From NCBI GenBank assembly GCA_942493285.1, contig OW818691.1:8030532-8094531 (forward strand): 64,000 nucleotides of DNA. The letters run 5' to 3'. A model generated the notes under the pieces. It ran no database searches. It worked only from the letters and a program-made list of their open reading frames with translations, and was not told the origin of the DNA. The stretch is from an uncultured Myxococcia bacterium. GTDB lineage: Bacteria > Myxococcota_A > UBA9042 > PHBI01. Within the stretch, counting starts at the first letter, position 1; each line of letters opens with the position of its first letter. Both the position numbers and the translations under genes were made by a program. This document shows, piece after piece, positions 37,106 through 49,442 of this stretch.

Positions 37106-38365
37106 TCATGGCGCCACTGGGGCGACGTGGAACCACCGCTCCCAATCGCGCTTCGTGACCCACATCGTAAACGACGCCGTCGCGCGCATCGACGTGAGCT
37201 CACGCTCCGTTGGGACCGTGATGCGTCGGGTCGATCGGCCCGTCGCGAAGTCGGCGACCAACATGCCCTGGTTCGTGATGAAGCCCATGACCTTGCTCCC
37301 CTGACCGGCCACACGCGGCTCTTCGCCGTCCGCCATCGGGAGCTCCCATCGGGTCCTGCCGGTCATCGGGTCGATGGTTCCATAGACGAAGCCGGTCTTG
37401 CCACCGCGGGCCGGGCGCGCGAAAGCGCCGCCTTCCGAACCGAAAGCCGAGACCTCTTCCTCGCGTAGGGGACGCGTCCAGAGCTCCTTGCCGTTCGAGA
37501 GGTCCCATCCTACCTGCATACCTTCGGACGGCTCGCCGATGACCGCTCCCCCGCTCGGGACGACCTCGTACGAGTAGCCCTCGAACGGCGTCGTCCACAG
37601 TGGCGCGAGGGATTGCAGGCCGTCGCCCTTGGGCTTTCGAGACAGTCGCTGAGCGACGAGCCTGCGCTCCTTGTCGAGCCCCGGCAGGCCGACGCGGCGG
37701 GGCGCCTCGTCAGGATCAAGGGACAGGACGATGGTCTTCTCGACCTTGCCCGGCGGGTCCTGGACGAGGAGTGCAAGCGGGCCCTTCGGGGTCGCGGCGA
37801 CCGCCTCGAGCACGGCACCCCCGACGTTGAACCGTTCGAGGAGGTTGCCGGTCTTCGCGTCGAGGACGGCGACCTCCTCGTTGTCGATGCTCGTGGCGAC
37901 AACGCCCTGGGCGCCGGCCGTGATGTAGAGGTTACGCGAATCGGTGAAGCGCCAACGCTCGTTGCCGGAGGCGAGGTCCACGGCCATGATGGAGTTGCGG
38001 CTCTTACATACGATGCTGTCGTCGACCACGAACGGCTGGGTGTGGGCGTCGAAGTCGGGGCAGGTGTGCGCGCGCGTCCAGAGGACCTGCCCCTTGGCAT
38101 CGTAAGCCTGCCAGACGGCGGGTTGTTCGGCAGACGGGCCCTCGGTCATGACGACCGTGACGTCGTCGGTCCCCGTCATATAGGTCTCGAACGCGTAGAG
38201 CGTGTCGGGCAGGTCCGCCGGGCGGGTAATCGGAGTCTCCTGGGGGAGCGAAGGCGGAGTGGGCTCGGCCTTCGCGGCCGCCGTTGGCACGGTGGCCATG
38301 ATGGCCATCGTGCCCATCGCGGTCGGGGCGAACAGAATCGAAGCAGCAGAGGCGAGGAGGCGCAT
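37106..38365 (-). CDS. Secreted PQQ/beta-propeller repeat protein (BamB-like fold), function unknown
   Basis: Signal peptide MRLLASAASILFAPTAMGTMAIMATVPTAAA. Repeated VLW/ERW/ELW beta-propeller motifs (GQVLWTR, GNERWRF, GKELWTR, GRTRWEL). Confidence 0.6.
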   Translation of the reverse strand: MRLLASAASILFAPTAMGTMAIMATVPTAAAKAEPTPPSLPQETPITRPADLPDTLYAFETYMTGTDDVTVVMTEGPSAEQPAVWQAYDAKGQVLWTRAHTCPDFDAHTQPFVVDDSIVCKSRNSIMAVDLASGNERWRFTDSRNLYITAGAQGVVATSIDNEEVAVLDAKTGNLLERFNVGGAVLEAVAATPKGPLALLVQDPPGKVEKTIVLSLDPDEAPRRVGLPGLDKERRLVAQRLSRKPKGDGLQSLAPLWTTPFEGYSYEVVPSGGAVIGEPSEGMQVGWDLSNGKELWTRPLREEEVSAFGSEGGAFARPARGGKTGFVYGTIDPMTGRTRWELPMADGEEPRVAGQGSKVMGFITNQGMLVADFATGRSTRRITVPTERELTSMRATASFTMWVTKRDWERWFHVAPVAP

Positions 38366-38656
38366 GGTGTGCTCCTTGGGTGATGCGGGGTCGGCGGTGC
38401 CGCCTCGAAGCGAGGCTGGGGACCGGGTGGGAGACGAATGGCTGCGGCTGGTTTACAAACTCGAGCTCGCTCCGACGGACCCTGTATTCTGGCTGTTCTC
38501 AGCCGGACACGCTTGCGCTCGCAATCTGAGACGCGCAGGGGGTCAGTTTGCGACCCAGGCTCAAAGCGGGTCGATTACGGATGCAACCGTCTGTTCCAGT
38601 CTCTTGTCCCCCGCCTCGAACGGCCGCGCCCGCGATCGGGAATGAACGATTTCCGC

Positions 38657-38671
38657 TGGCACGGACCTTGC
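38657..38671 (+). promoter_or_regulatory. Candidate sigma-54 (-24/-12) promoter TGGCAC-N5-TTGC
   Basis: Exact match to the consensus spacing: tggcac ggacc ttgc. It sits in a 600-bp divergent intergenic region. Confidence 0.4.
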
Positions 38672-38682
38672 GATGTCAAATG

Positions 38683-38771
38683 CCTGCGTGTGGTGGTTCC
38701 TCCCTTGTTTCGGCATGTGTTGCGAAGGGAGTTGGCTCGCGGGGTGCTCAGCGCTCCGCGAGTTTTTTTTT
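38683..38771 (+). ncRNA. Candidate small RNA or transcribed leader (about 90 nt) from the sigma-54 promoter to the intrinsic terminator
   Basis: Predicted start about 12 bp after the -12 element. Stem-loop 38701-38730 (tccctt..aaggga). A CCUCCC motif. Terminator hairpin plus T9 at 38735-38771. No ORF. Confidence 0.3.
38735..38771 (+). terminator. Rho-independent terminator (7-bp GC stem ctcgcgg/ccgcgag, then TTTTTTTTT)
   Basis: gctcgcggggtgctcagcgctccgcgag followed by nine T residues, which is very unusual in a ~70% GC background. Confidence 0.55.
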
Positions 38772-38972
38772 GCCCGAGCACGATGCCTTGGAGGCATGAC
38801 GACCGGCCACGTAGTCGGCCTCGCTCGTTCAACGGGCTTCGAGGCGCCCTGATCGCCAGGGTTACGCGCCATCACTCGACGAGGCGGGTGCGTACCTGCT
38901 TTCGCACTTCGGAATGGACATCCGCTTCGGATGTTCCTATGGGAGCGCGCGTGTCGGCCGACCTCGGAGACT

Positions 38973-40310
38973 ATGCACGACCCCGGTTCTCAGCTCCAAC
39001 CCTTGCCCCTCAAAGACCCGCCGCACGGCCCAGGTGACGTCGTCGACTACAATGTCGACGCGCCAAAGCCGCGTTCGCCCACGGGCTCGCATGAGGTGCC
39101 CCCCCGCTCTGGCGGACGCGTCTGGCCATGGCTCGTCGTGGTCGCAGCCCTGCTCGGCTGCGTCTACTCGGCGCTCTCCACCCACAGCTTCATCCTGCGG
39201 CTCGACGGCCAGACCCATGCGGTCGCCTGCGCCATTCTGCCAGGTGACGCCGACCAGTCGACGGGCTGCGTCACAGCACTTCTATCGCCCTACAGCTCGG
39301 TGTTCCGCGCGAGCATGTGGGGTGGCATCCCCATCAGCCTGCCGGCCTTTGGTGTCTTCGCCTTCATCGCGGCATTCGCCGCATGGGTGGGCCTGAAGCG
39401 GGACCGCATGCGGGTCGACACGGGCTTCCTCTTGTTGGCGACGCTCCTCCCCGTCGGGGCCAGCGCGTTCTTCGCCTACATCTCGGCCACCCGGCTCGGC
39501 GAGTTCTGCTCGACGTGTGTCGGCATCTACATCGCGTCGGGGCTCGGCTTCCTCTTCGCGTTGATCGCCCACATCCGAACGCAGCCGACCCCCGACGGCG
39601 TCGGTCGCTGGGGACGCTGGTTCCTGTGGTTCTTCGAGGGCGCCGCCATCGTCGGCACGCTGGTATTGCTCTACATCATGCTCGCGCCGAGCGACCGAGA
39701 GAGCGTCGCACGTGGCTGTGGTGAGCTCGTGAAGCGTGAGGACGAGGCGCAGATCCTCTTGAAGAAGCGCGACTCGACCGAGGCCGTCCCGGGTGTCTCG
39801 AAGGTCTCGGCCCTGGTGGTCGTCGACCCGCTCTGCCCATCCTGCAAAGGCCTCGACGAGCGCCTCTTCGCGAGCGGGCTCGGTGCGCGGCTCGACCTCG
39901 ACGTGTTGTTGTTCCCGCTCGACTCCAAGTGCAATTGGATGGTGAAGAGCTCGCCGCATCCCGGGGCCTGCCTCGTCAGCGAGGCGATGTTGTGCGCGCC
40001 CGAGTCGGCGCATCGTGTCCTCGAATATGCGTACGCCGACCAGGAGCGACTCCTCGAGCTCGGCAAGACCAACGAGTCGGCGCTCAAGGCCGACCTCGAG
40101 CAGAAGTTCCCCGATGTGAAGGGGTGCGTCGGAAGTGCGGCGGCCAAAGCCAAGGTCAACAAGAGCCTTCGGTTTGCGGTCGCCAACGCGATGCCGGTCA
40201 TGACGCCCCAGCTCTTCGTGGCGGGCAGCCGCATATGTGACGAGGACACCGACCTCGGGCTCGAGTTCACGCTGACGCGGATGCTCGACCGTTCCAGTCC
40301 GGTTCAGTGA
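38973..40310 (+). CDS. Vitamin K epoxide reductase (VKOR) homologue fused to a periplasmic thioredoxin/DsbA-like domain (DsbB-analogous disulfide oxidase)
   Basis: Polytopic N-terminal domain with a loop Cys pair and the active-site CSTC (CxxC) in a TM helix. C-terminal soluble domain with CPSCK (CxxC) in a thioredoxin-like context. Confidence 0.75.
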   Translation: MHDPGSQLQPLPLKDPPHGPGDVVDYNVDAPKPRSPTGSHEVPPRSGGRVWPWLVVVAALLGCVYSALSTHSFILRLDGQTHAVACAILPGDADQSTGCVTALLSPYSSVFRASMWGGIPISLPAFGVFAFIAAFAAWVGLKRDRMRVDTGFLLLATLLPVGASAFFAYISATRLGEFCSTCVGIYIASGLGFLFALIAHIRTQPTPDGVGRWGRWFLWFFEGAAIVGTLVLLYIMLAPSDRESVARGCGELVKREDEAQILLKKRDSTEAVPGVSKVSALVVVDPLCPSCKGLDERLFASGLGARLDLDVLLFPLDSKCNWMVKSSPHPGACLVSEAMLCAPESAHRVLEYAYADQERLLELGKTNESALKADLEQKFPDVKGCVGSAAAKAKVNKSLRFAVANAMPVMTPQLFVAGSRICDEDTDLGLEFTLTRMLDRSSPVQ

Positions 40311-40318
40311 GGTAAGTC

Positions 40319-41011
40319 ATGGGTGCGATGAGCTATGTGTCACACCTGGTTCCGCTGGCGATCGCGCTGGCGGTGCCGGCGGTGATGGTGTCGGGTTGGT
40401 TGTCGGACGCCGAGGCGCGCCTCGCTGTGGAAGAGCCGCGGCAGAGCAAGGCCATCACCGCGACGGTCGCCGAAGAGGGCTACTGCACGGTCGACCTGAA
40501 GCGCATCGTGCGGCGCATCGCGGGCGCCTGCGGGTTGCTCGGCGAGCAGGGACGCGGCTGTCGTCCAGCCGACGCGACCAAGGTCGTGTCGCTCCAGGGC
40601 GAGGAGTTCAACGCGCTCTTCCTGCCGCTGCAGGACCGCGTCCGCATCATCCAATATGACATGGGCAAGTCCGAGCTCGACGAAGGCGCACTTCGCGCCG
40701 TCGAAGAGGCGTGGGCGGACCGCGGCGGGGCGAGCTTCTTCTTCGTCGTCTCGCGGGCCTCACCCGAGGGTTCGACCGACAAGAACCGCGAGCTGTCGGA
40801 GGCGCGCGCCAAAGCCGTCCTCGACCACCTGATGAAGCGGTTCAACGACCCGGACATCGAGCGACAGGTCGGCCTGCTCTGGCTTGGCGAAGAGTTCGCC
40901 CAGCTCGAGGACAAATTCTGCGACTGGAAACGCAGCCGCACGGGGGAAAAATGCGACGCCAAGGAAATCAATCGGAGCGCGTTCATCGCATGGATCGACT
41001 GCGCAATCTAA
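40319..41011 (+). CDS. OmpA-like (peptidoglycan-associated C-terminal domain) protein with signal peptide
   Basis: Signal peptide MSYVSHLVPLAIALAVPAVM. OmpA_C-like FFFVVSRASPEGSTDKNRELSEARAKAV (NxxLSxxRA motif). Confidence 0.6.
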   Translation: MGAMSYVSHLVPLAIALAVPAVMVSGWLSDAEARLAVEEPRQSKAITATVAEEGYCTVDLKRIVRRIAGACGLLGEQGRGCRPADATKVVSLQGEEFNALFLPLQDRVRIIQYDMGKSELDEGALRAVEEAWADRGGASFFFVVSRASPEGSTDKNRELSEARAKAVLDHLMKRFNDPDIERQVGLLWLGEEFAQLEDKFCDWKRSRTGEKCDAKEINRSAFIAWIDCAI

Positions 41012-41598
41012 GCCTCTCCGGCGCGCTCGTCGGTCTCGTCGGCCTGTTGGGGCTGCCCGCTTGCAGCAAGGGCGACAAGCCCGCCCCGCAGGTCGAGATG
41101 CCACGCACGGTGAGTGTCGGCGGCGAGGCGGACCCGACCGCGCTCAAGACCTTCTGCGACAAGTCGTGGGACGCCGGGGCCATGCCCTTTGGCGACGGTC
41201 CGCGCCTGAAGGAGCCCGCCAAGGCCGAGACGGGAACGTGGCGCTGGGTCAACTTCTGGGCGACCTGGTGCGCGCCCTGCCTCGAAGAGATGCCGATGCT
41301 CGGGCGCTGGCGCGACGGCCTCAACAAAGAGGGCGCCCCCTTCGCACTCGAGCTGTGGAGCGTCGACGAGGACGAGGCGAAGCTTCGCCAAAGGGTCCAG
41401 CAGGGATTGCCCTCGACCGTGAAGTGGGTCGACGGACCCGAGGCGCTGTCCGAGTTCCTCGGCAAGCTCGGGCTCGACCCGGACTCGATGTTGCCGGTCC
41501 ACATGCTCGTCGACGCGAAGAACAACCTGCGATGCGTTCGCATCGGGGCGGTTCACGAGAACGACTATGGCACCATCCGCAAGCTCATCGGCCGCTGA
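40990..41598 (+). CDS. Thioredoxin-like lipoprotein, TlpA/ResA-type thiol:disulfide oxidoreductase
   Basis: Lipobox LGLPACSKG. Active site WATWCAPC (WCxxC). The start at MDRLRNLS lies inside a longer ORF-track call. Confidence 0.7.
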   Translation: MDRLRNLSLSGALVGLVGLLGLPACSKGDKPAPQVEMPRTVSVGGEADPTALKTFCDKSWDAGAMPFGDGPRLKEPAKAETGTWRWVNFWATWCAPCLEEMPMLGRWRDGLNKEGAPFALELWSVDEDEAKLRQRVQQGLPSTVKWVDGPEALSEFLGKLGLDPDSMLPVHMLVDAKNNLRCVRIGAVHENDYGTIRKLIGR

Positions 41599-41652
41599 AG
41601 ACGGGCACGTTCCACAAGCTCATCGGACGGTGAATCGCCCGACGATGTCGGG

Positions 41653-41985
41653 TCACCTTCCGAACTTGTCGGGGCGTAAGACCTCGATGTCCGCGAGGTA
41701 GATCACCATCGCGTAGTCCGGGTAGAACCGTTGCCGCAAGTGCCCGACGATGCGGGTCGCGACTGCGGTGTCGCAGATCACCTCGATGCGGATGTTGGCG
41801 TTCTGCTCCCAGCTCGAGGTGCGGTGGCCCTGGGCTCCGAGCCCACGCGCCTCGGTGATCGTATAGCCGCGTGCGCCGAGGGTCTCGAGGTCGTGTGTGA
41901 GCTCACGCTCGACGATGGCCTCGGTGATGATGGTCACGAGCTTACGCGGATGGGTCGTCAGCGGTTCAGCCATAGAGCGATTCAA
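41653..41985 (-). CDS. sbtB: SbtB-like P-II-fold signalling protein
   Basis: 110 aa. KLVTIITEAIVERELTHDLETLGARGYTITEARGLGAQG...IRIEVICDTAVATRIVGHLRQRFYPDYAMVIYLADIEVL aligns along its length with cyanobacterial SbtB/GlnB-like proteins. It overlaps the 3' end of the upstream permease gene. Confidence 0.75.
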   Translation of the reverse strand: MNRSMAEPLTTHPRKLVTIITEAIVERELTHDLETLGARGYTITEARGLGAQGHRTSSWEQNANIRIEVICDTAVATRIVGHLRQRFYPDYAMVIYLADIEVLRPDKFGR

Positions 41986-42904
41986 CCAGCCGATGGTAGA
42001 GCGGAATCCCGAAGATGACGTTGAAAGGGAACGTGATGGCGAGCACCGCGGTGAGGCTCATGGCCGGGTTGGCCTGAGGCACGGCTGTGCGCATGGCGGC
42101 CGGGGCCGCGATGTACGACGCACTGGCAGCCAGGGTGGCGAGCAGGACCGCGCCACCGACCGACAGGTCGAGCGCCATCGCGACCAGGGCGCCAATGCAC
42201 GCGAACGCGATCGGGATGACGATGGCGAAGGCCGCGAGGAACAGTCCATATCGAAGGAAGCCTCCGAGCTGCGAGGCCGCGATGAGACCCATCTCGAGGA
42301 GGAAGAGGGCGAGCACTCCTTTGAACAGGTCGAAGAAGAGTGGGGTGATGGGCTTGATTCCGACGGGGCCGCTGAGCCATCCGATGATGAGGCCACCCAG
42401 GAGGAGCAGGATGCCGCGGCCGAGGAAGACCTCGCGCAACAGGTGAGGCCACGAGGTGCGTGAGGTGCGACCCTTCGCGAGCACGATGCCAACGAGGATG
42501 GCCGGGACCTCGAGGATGACGAGGAAGAGGGAGAGCGACGGCTCGTGGGGGATCTGTGCCCGCGTCAGGTAGGCGATGGCGACCGCGAAGGTGGCGACGC
42601 TGACCGAGCCGTAGTGCGCGGAGATCGACGCTGCGTCCATTCGAGGCAGACGGCCGATGTAGCGCAGGATGCCGAAGGCGATGAGCGTCAGCCCGATGCC
42701 GAGCCCGATGATGACGACCACGTCGAGAGCGAGGCCGGGGGCCGGCTGACGTGCGAGCTCGACGCCGCCCTTGAGGCCGATTCCGAGCAGCAGGAGCGCG
42801 CTCAAGAACTCGTAGATCGCCGTCGGCAATCGGAGCTCCGCACGGGCGAGCCCGGCGAGGAGGCCGAAGACGAAGAAGTAGACCGACGGGTCGAGGCTGC
42901 TCAC
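41966..42904 (-). CDS. sbtA: SbtA-family (Sbt_1/DUF897) sodium-dependent bicarbonate transporter-like permease
   Basis: About 10 TM. Conserved IGLKGGVEL (compare IGLTGGMAI). The C-terminal AASASYIAAPAAMRTAVPQANPAMSL closely matches SbtA AASSSDISGPPTLRAGIPSANPSAYI. Confidence 0.75.
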   Translation of the reverse strand: MSSLDPSVYFFVFGLLAGLARAELRLPTAIYEFLSALLLLGIGLKGGVELARQPAPGLALDVVVIIGLGIGLTLIAFGILRYIGRLPRMDAASISAHYGSVSVATFAVAIAYLTRAQIPHEPSLSLFLVILEVPAILVGIVLAKGRTSRTSWPHLLREVFLGRGILLLLGGLIIGWLSGPVGIKPITPLFFDLFKGVLALFLLEMGLIAASQLGGFLRYGLFLAAFAIVIPIAFACIGALVAMALDLSVGGAVLLATLAASASYIAAPAAMRTAVPQANPAMSLTAVLAITFPFNVIFGIPLYHRLVESLYG

Positions 42905-42940
42905 TGGTAGGCGTTCTCGGAGGTGCCCAGGTGCGGACGG

Positions 42941-46093
<3,153 letters not shown>

Positions 46094-46104
46094 CGGCTAT
46101 CCCC

Positions 46105-47265
46105 TCAGGCTGCTTTCTGGTGGCGGTGATGGCGCAGGTCGCTGACGAACCGATCGAATAGGTGCGACAGGTCGTGGGGACCGGGGCTCGCCTCGGGGTG
46201 GCCCTGGAACGAGAAGACCGGCAACGACACGTGCTCGACGCCCTGGTTGGTGCCATCGAAGAGCGAGACGTGGGTCTCGCGCAGCACGCTCGGCAGGCTC
46301 GCGCGGTCGACCGCGAAGCCGTGGTTCTGGCTCGAAATCAGGACGCGGCCGCTGCCGAACTCCTTGATCGGGTGGTTCGCGCCGTGGTGGCCGAACTTCA
46401 TCTTGGAGGTCTTTGCCCCGAGCGCCAGGCACAACATCTGGTGGCCGAGACAGATCCCGAAGACCGGCATGCCGGTCGCGACGATCTTCGCGATGGCGTC
46501 GTGCGCGTAGGTCACGGCCGCCGGGTCGCCCGGGCCGTTTGCCAGGAAGACGCCATCGGGTCGCAGCGACAGGACACGTGATGCCGGCGTCTCGGCCGGG
46601 ACGAGCGTCAGGCGGCAGCCGCGATCGACGAGCAAACGCAGGATGTTACGTTTCACTCCGTAATCGTAGGCCACGACGTGCGGCGCATCGCTCTCGTGCT
46701 CGAGCTTCGCCGTCGACCCGTCGCCGAGCCAGCGGATGGACCCCTTCTCCCACGCCGTCGCCTCGGGCAGCGTCACGACCTTGGCCAGGTCCGCGCCGTT
46801 GAGGCCGGCGAACATTCGCGCCCGGTCGATGGCGGTGTCGGGGTCGAGCGTGCGGCGCGCCACGAGGCAACCATTCTGGGCTCCACGCTCGCGCAGGATG
46901 TGGGTCAGGTGCCGCGTGTCGATGCCGGCGAGTGCAACGATCCCAGAACGACTGAGGTACTTGTCGAGCGGCTCACGCGAGCGCCAGTTGCTCGTCACGC
47001 GGGGCAGGTCACGAATCACGAGCCCGGACACCTGAGGGCCAGCGGCCTCGTCATCTTGCGGAGTGATGCCGGTATTGCCGATATGCGGCGCCGTGAGGGT
47101 CACGATTTGCTGGTGGTAGCTCGGGTCGGACAGGATTTCCTGATAGCCGGTCATCGAGGTGTTGAAGACGACCTCACCGACCGAGAAATCCTCGGCACCG
47201 ATCGAAACGCCATGCAGAACGGTGCCATCGGCCAACGCCAGGAGCCCCGGAACTCTAACAGCCAT
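46105..47265 (-). CDS. carA: Carbamoyl-phosphate synthase small (glutamine amidotransferase) subunit
   Basis: CPSase_sm N-domain and class I GATase with catalytic GICLGHQ Cys and C-terminal His/Glu. Start chosen at MAVRVPG. Confidence 0.9.
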   Translation of the reverse strand: MAVRVPGLLALADGTVLHGVSIGAEDFSVGEVVFNTSMTGYQEILSDPSYHQQIVTLTAPHIGNTGITPQDDEAAGPQVSGLVIRDLPRVTSNWRSREPLDKYLSRSGIVALAGIDTRHLTHILRERGAQNGCLVARRTLDPDTAIDRARMFAGLNGADLAKVVTLPEATAWEKGSIRWLGDGSTAKLEHESDAPHVVAYDYGVKRNILRLLVDRGCRLTLVPAETPASRVLSLRPDGVFLANGPGDPAAVTYAHDAIAKIVATGMPVFGICLGHQMLCLALGAKTSKMKFGHHGANHPIKEFGSGRVLISSQNHGFAVDRASLPSVLRETHVSLFDGTNQGVEHVSLPVFSFQGHPEASPGPHDLSHLFDRFVSDLRHHRHQKAA

Positions 47266-47650
47266 GAGCCACACCCCGAATCCGAATGACGCCAAACACG
47301 CCAGGTGGGCTCACCCGCACACGCCTTGCGCTTCGGCGGATCAAGACCCCGAGCCCGGCGGCGCCTTAGCGCTTCCACCGCAAAAAACCAAGCGGAAAGG
47401 CGGGTCGCCACCCGTGTCAGGCCTCGGCCCGGGCCGCTTCACAGGTCGCCCCGTCGCCCTGTCGTCCCGTCGCCGCGCCCAGAACCCGATGTCTTGAACG
47501 GCGGGAATCTCCCAAGCGGTTGACAACTTCCTGGGACCGGAATCGAATCAACTCCGACCTTTCCGACCAGGGGGCCCTGCCGACCTCTGGTCCCGCGCCA
47601 CCGCTGAGCCACGCAGCGCAGCGGGGCGCTACCCTTGCATCGAGCCGTCC

Positions 47651-49432
47651 ATGCGCAACACACCATCCATCCGGGTGCCGGCCTCCGTCCGATCGCTCGG
47701 GCCGATCCTCGGGGGCCTAGTCCTCACGGCCATCGGCGGCGCCGCCCTCGCCAACCCGCTCTCCTATTCGCCTTACGACCTCGCCCGCGGCGAGCTCTAC
47801 CTTCCCGAAGACGTCGCGGCCGAGGACGACGAAGCGGCCACCCTCGTCATCCCTGGCGCGGTCGGCGGATGTGTCGTCGCGGTCGGCGGGGGCGCGATGA
47901 TCTCCAACGGACCCGGCACCTGTCCGGCGCTCTGGGCCATGCCGGAGATCAAGGCCTTCACCGCGACCCTCACGGCAGCCGGCACGGACCACACGGTCCA
48001 GTTCGCACCCGCCGTCACGCCCCAATCCAAGTCGTTCTCGCTGAGCGGCGAGGCCGTGGTGATCCCCGCGGGTGTGCCGTCGCTGGTCGAAGTCGCCATC
48101 CTACGATGGGAGGGCTCCACCACTGCCCCCAAGCCCAGCGCCTGGGAGGTGGTCACGGTCGAGGACTCCACCATCCAGCTCGGCCAACCGACGGCAACCG
48201 TCGCCGCAGCCGCCGGCGGACGCTATCAGGTCTTCGGCTTCGACCCCGAAGCCGAAGAGTTCGCCGTCATGAGCTGGCAGGTCCTCGCTTCCGCCCCTGC
48301 CACCGCAACCGCTCAACCGACCCCGCCGCTCCCGCCCGCGCAGCCGGGCCAGCCGACCCAGCCGACCGCCACGAATCGGTTCACCATGACTCCGGTCCCG
48401 TCAGAGACCGGCCCCGAGAGCGTGGAGGTCGACGTCGAGGCCTCACTCGCCGCCGCCGACATCACCGGCTTCGCGCTCGCAGACCTGCCACCAGGCCAGC
48501 CCATCCCGGCCGAGCTCGCGTGTCCCCCGCGCCGCCTCCCACAGGACGACATGACCGTCGTCTGCGTGGACGCGACCGGACCGACGCTGCGCTACTGGCA
48601 GTCGCCCCGCACCCGCTACACCAAGCCCAACCGCAGCTTCTACGTGCACGTCGTCCATCGCGCCGAGCACCGCGCCTCGGTCGTGCTGGGCGGCACGATC
48701 GGCAGTTACGCACCTGGCTCACGCGGCCGCTTCATGTTGTCACAGCGCTCGGGCGAGGGCTTCAACCTCGAGGGCGACTCGGGCGCCAAGCCCGTCACCT
48801 ACTACGTCACCGCGCGCAACTTCGCCCCTCGTAAGCCCGGCTTCTCCCCGCTCGAAGTCCGTCTCCTCAACGGAAAGAACGAGCTCGTCGCCGACCCGCT
48901 CAAGATCGAGTTCTGGATCGAAGAGACCTTCTCTGGCGCCTTCCGCGTCGGCGTCGCCGGCATCGTCATGGGCAGCCTCGACGAACGTTACCGCGCTGAG
49001 ACCCGCCCCGGCAGCCAGCAACGCGAGATCGTGTCGAAGGGGCACTCCGCCATGGACCTCGACGTCCTCATCGGCTACTCGCCCTACCTCGACGCGGGTG
49101 GGCGCTCGGCGTCCGGCTGCGAGTCCGCCCCCTTCTGCTTCAACCCCTACTTCGGCCTGGGGCTCCTGTCCGCCTCGTCCGGAGGCGAGCTGCAGTGGCT
49201 GAAGTCCGTCCACCTCGGCGTCGAGTGGGAGCTGACCGAGGCCTTCGCCATCGGGCTCACCGCCAACCTGCGCCGCGTGGAGCGCCTCGCCCGCGGCTTC
49301 GAGCCCGGCTATCCAATCGATGGCGACGTTCCGACGGACGACAAGTTCGTCTTCGGCCTCGGCCTCGTCATCAATCTGAGCCCCGAATTCCTCAAGGTCG
49401 GCGCCTCCGGTGCCGCCGCCGTCCTGCGCTGA
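47651..49432 (+). CDS. Secreted hypothetical protein (593 aa), possibly beta-barrel/outer-membrane associated
   Basis: Signal peptide, Pro/Thr/Ala linker, and a C-terminal half with alternating hydrophobic patterns ending in aromatic-rich beta-strand-like segments. Confidence 0.55.
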   Translation: MRNTPSIRVPASVRSLGPILGGLVLTAIGGAALANPLSYSPYDLARGELYLPEDVAAEDDEAATLVIPGAVGGCVVAVGGGAMISNGPGTCPALWAMPEIKAFTATLTAAGTDHTVQFAPAVTPQSKSFSLSGEAVVIPAGVPSLVEVAILRWEGSTTAPKPSAWEVVTVEDSTIQLGQPTATVAAAAGGRYQVFGFDPEAEEFAVMSWQVLASAPATATAQPTPPLPPAQPGQPTQPTATNRFTMTPVPSETGPESVEVDVEASLAAADITGFALADLPPGQPIPAELACPPRRLPQDDMTVVCVDATGPTLRYWQSPRTRYTKPNRSFYVHVVHRAEHRASVVLGGTIGSYAPGSRGRFMLSQRSGEGFNLEGDSGAKPVTYYVTARNFAPRKPGFSPLEVRLLNGKNELVADPLKIEFWIEETFSGAFRVGVAGIVMGSLDERYRAETRPGSQQREIVSKGHSAMDLDVLIGYSPYLDAGGRSASGCESAPFCFNPYFGLGLLSASSGGELQWLKSVHLGVEWELTEAFAIGLTANLRRVERLARGFEPGYPIDGDVPTDDKFVFGLGLVINLSPEFLKVGASGAAAVLR

Positions 49433-49442
49433 GGTGAAGACT

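Noticed and set aside
35436-37304. 622-aa plus-strand ORF across the GT4 and miaE region, and the 43658..46129 plus-strand ORF opposite carB
   Set aside because: They overlap several minus-strand genes whose conserved motifs fix the coding strand; carB in particular is unambiguous.
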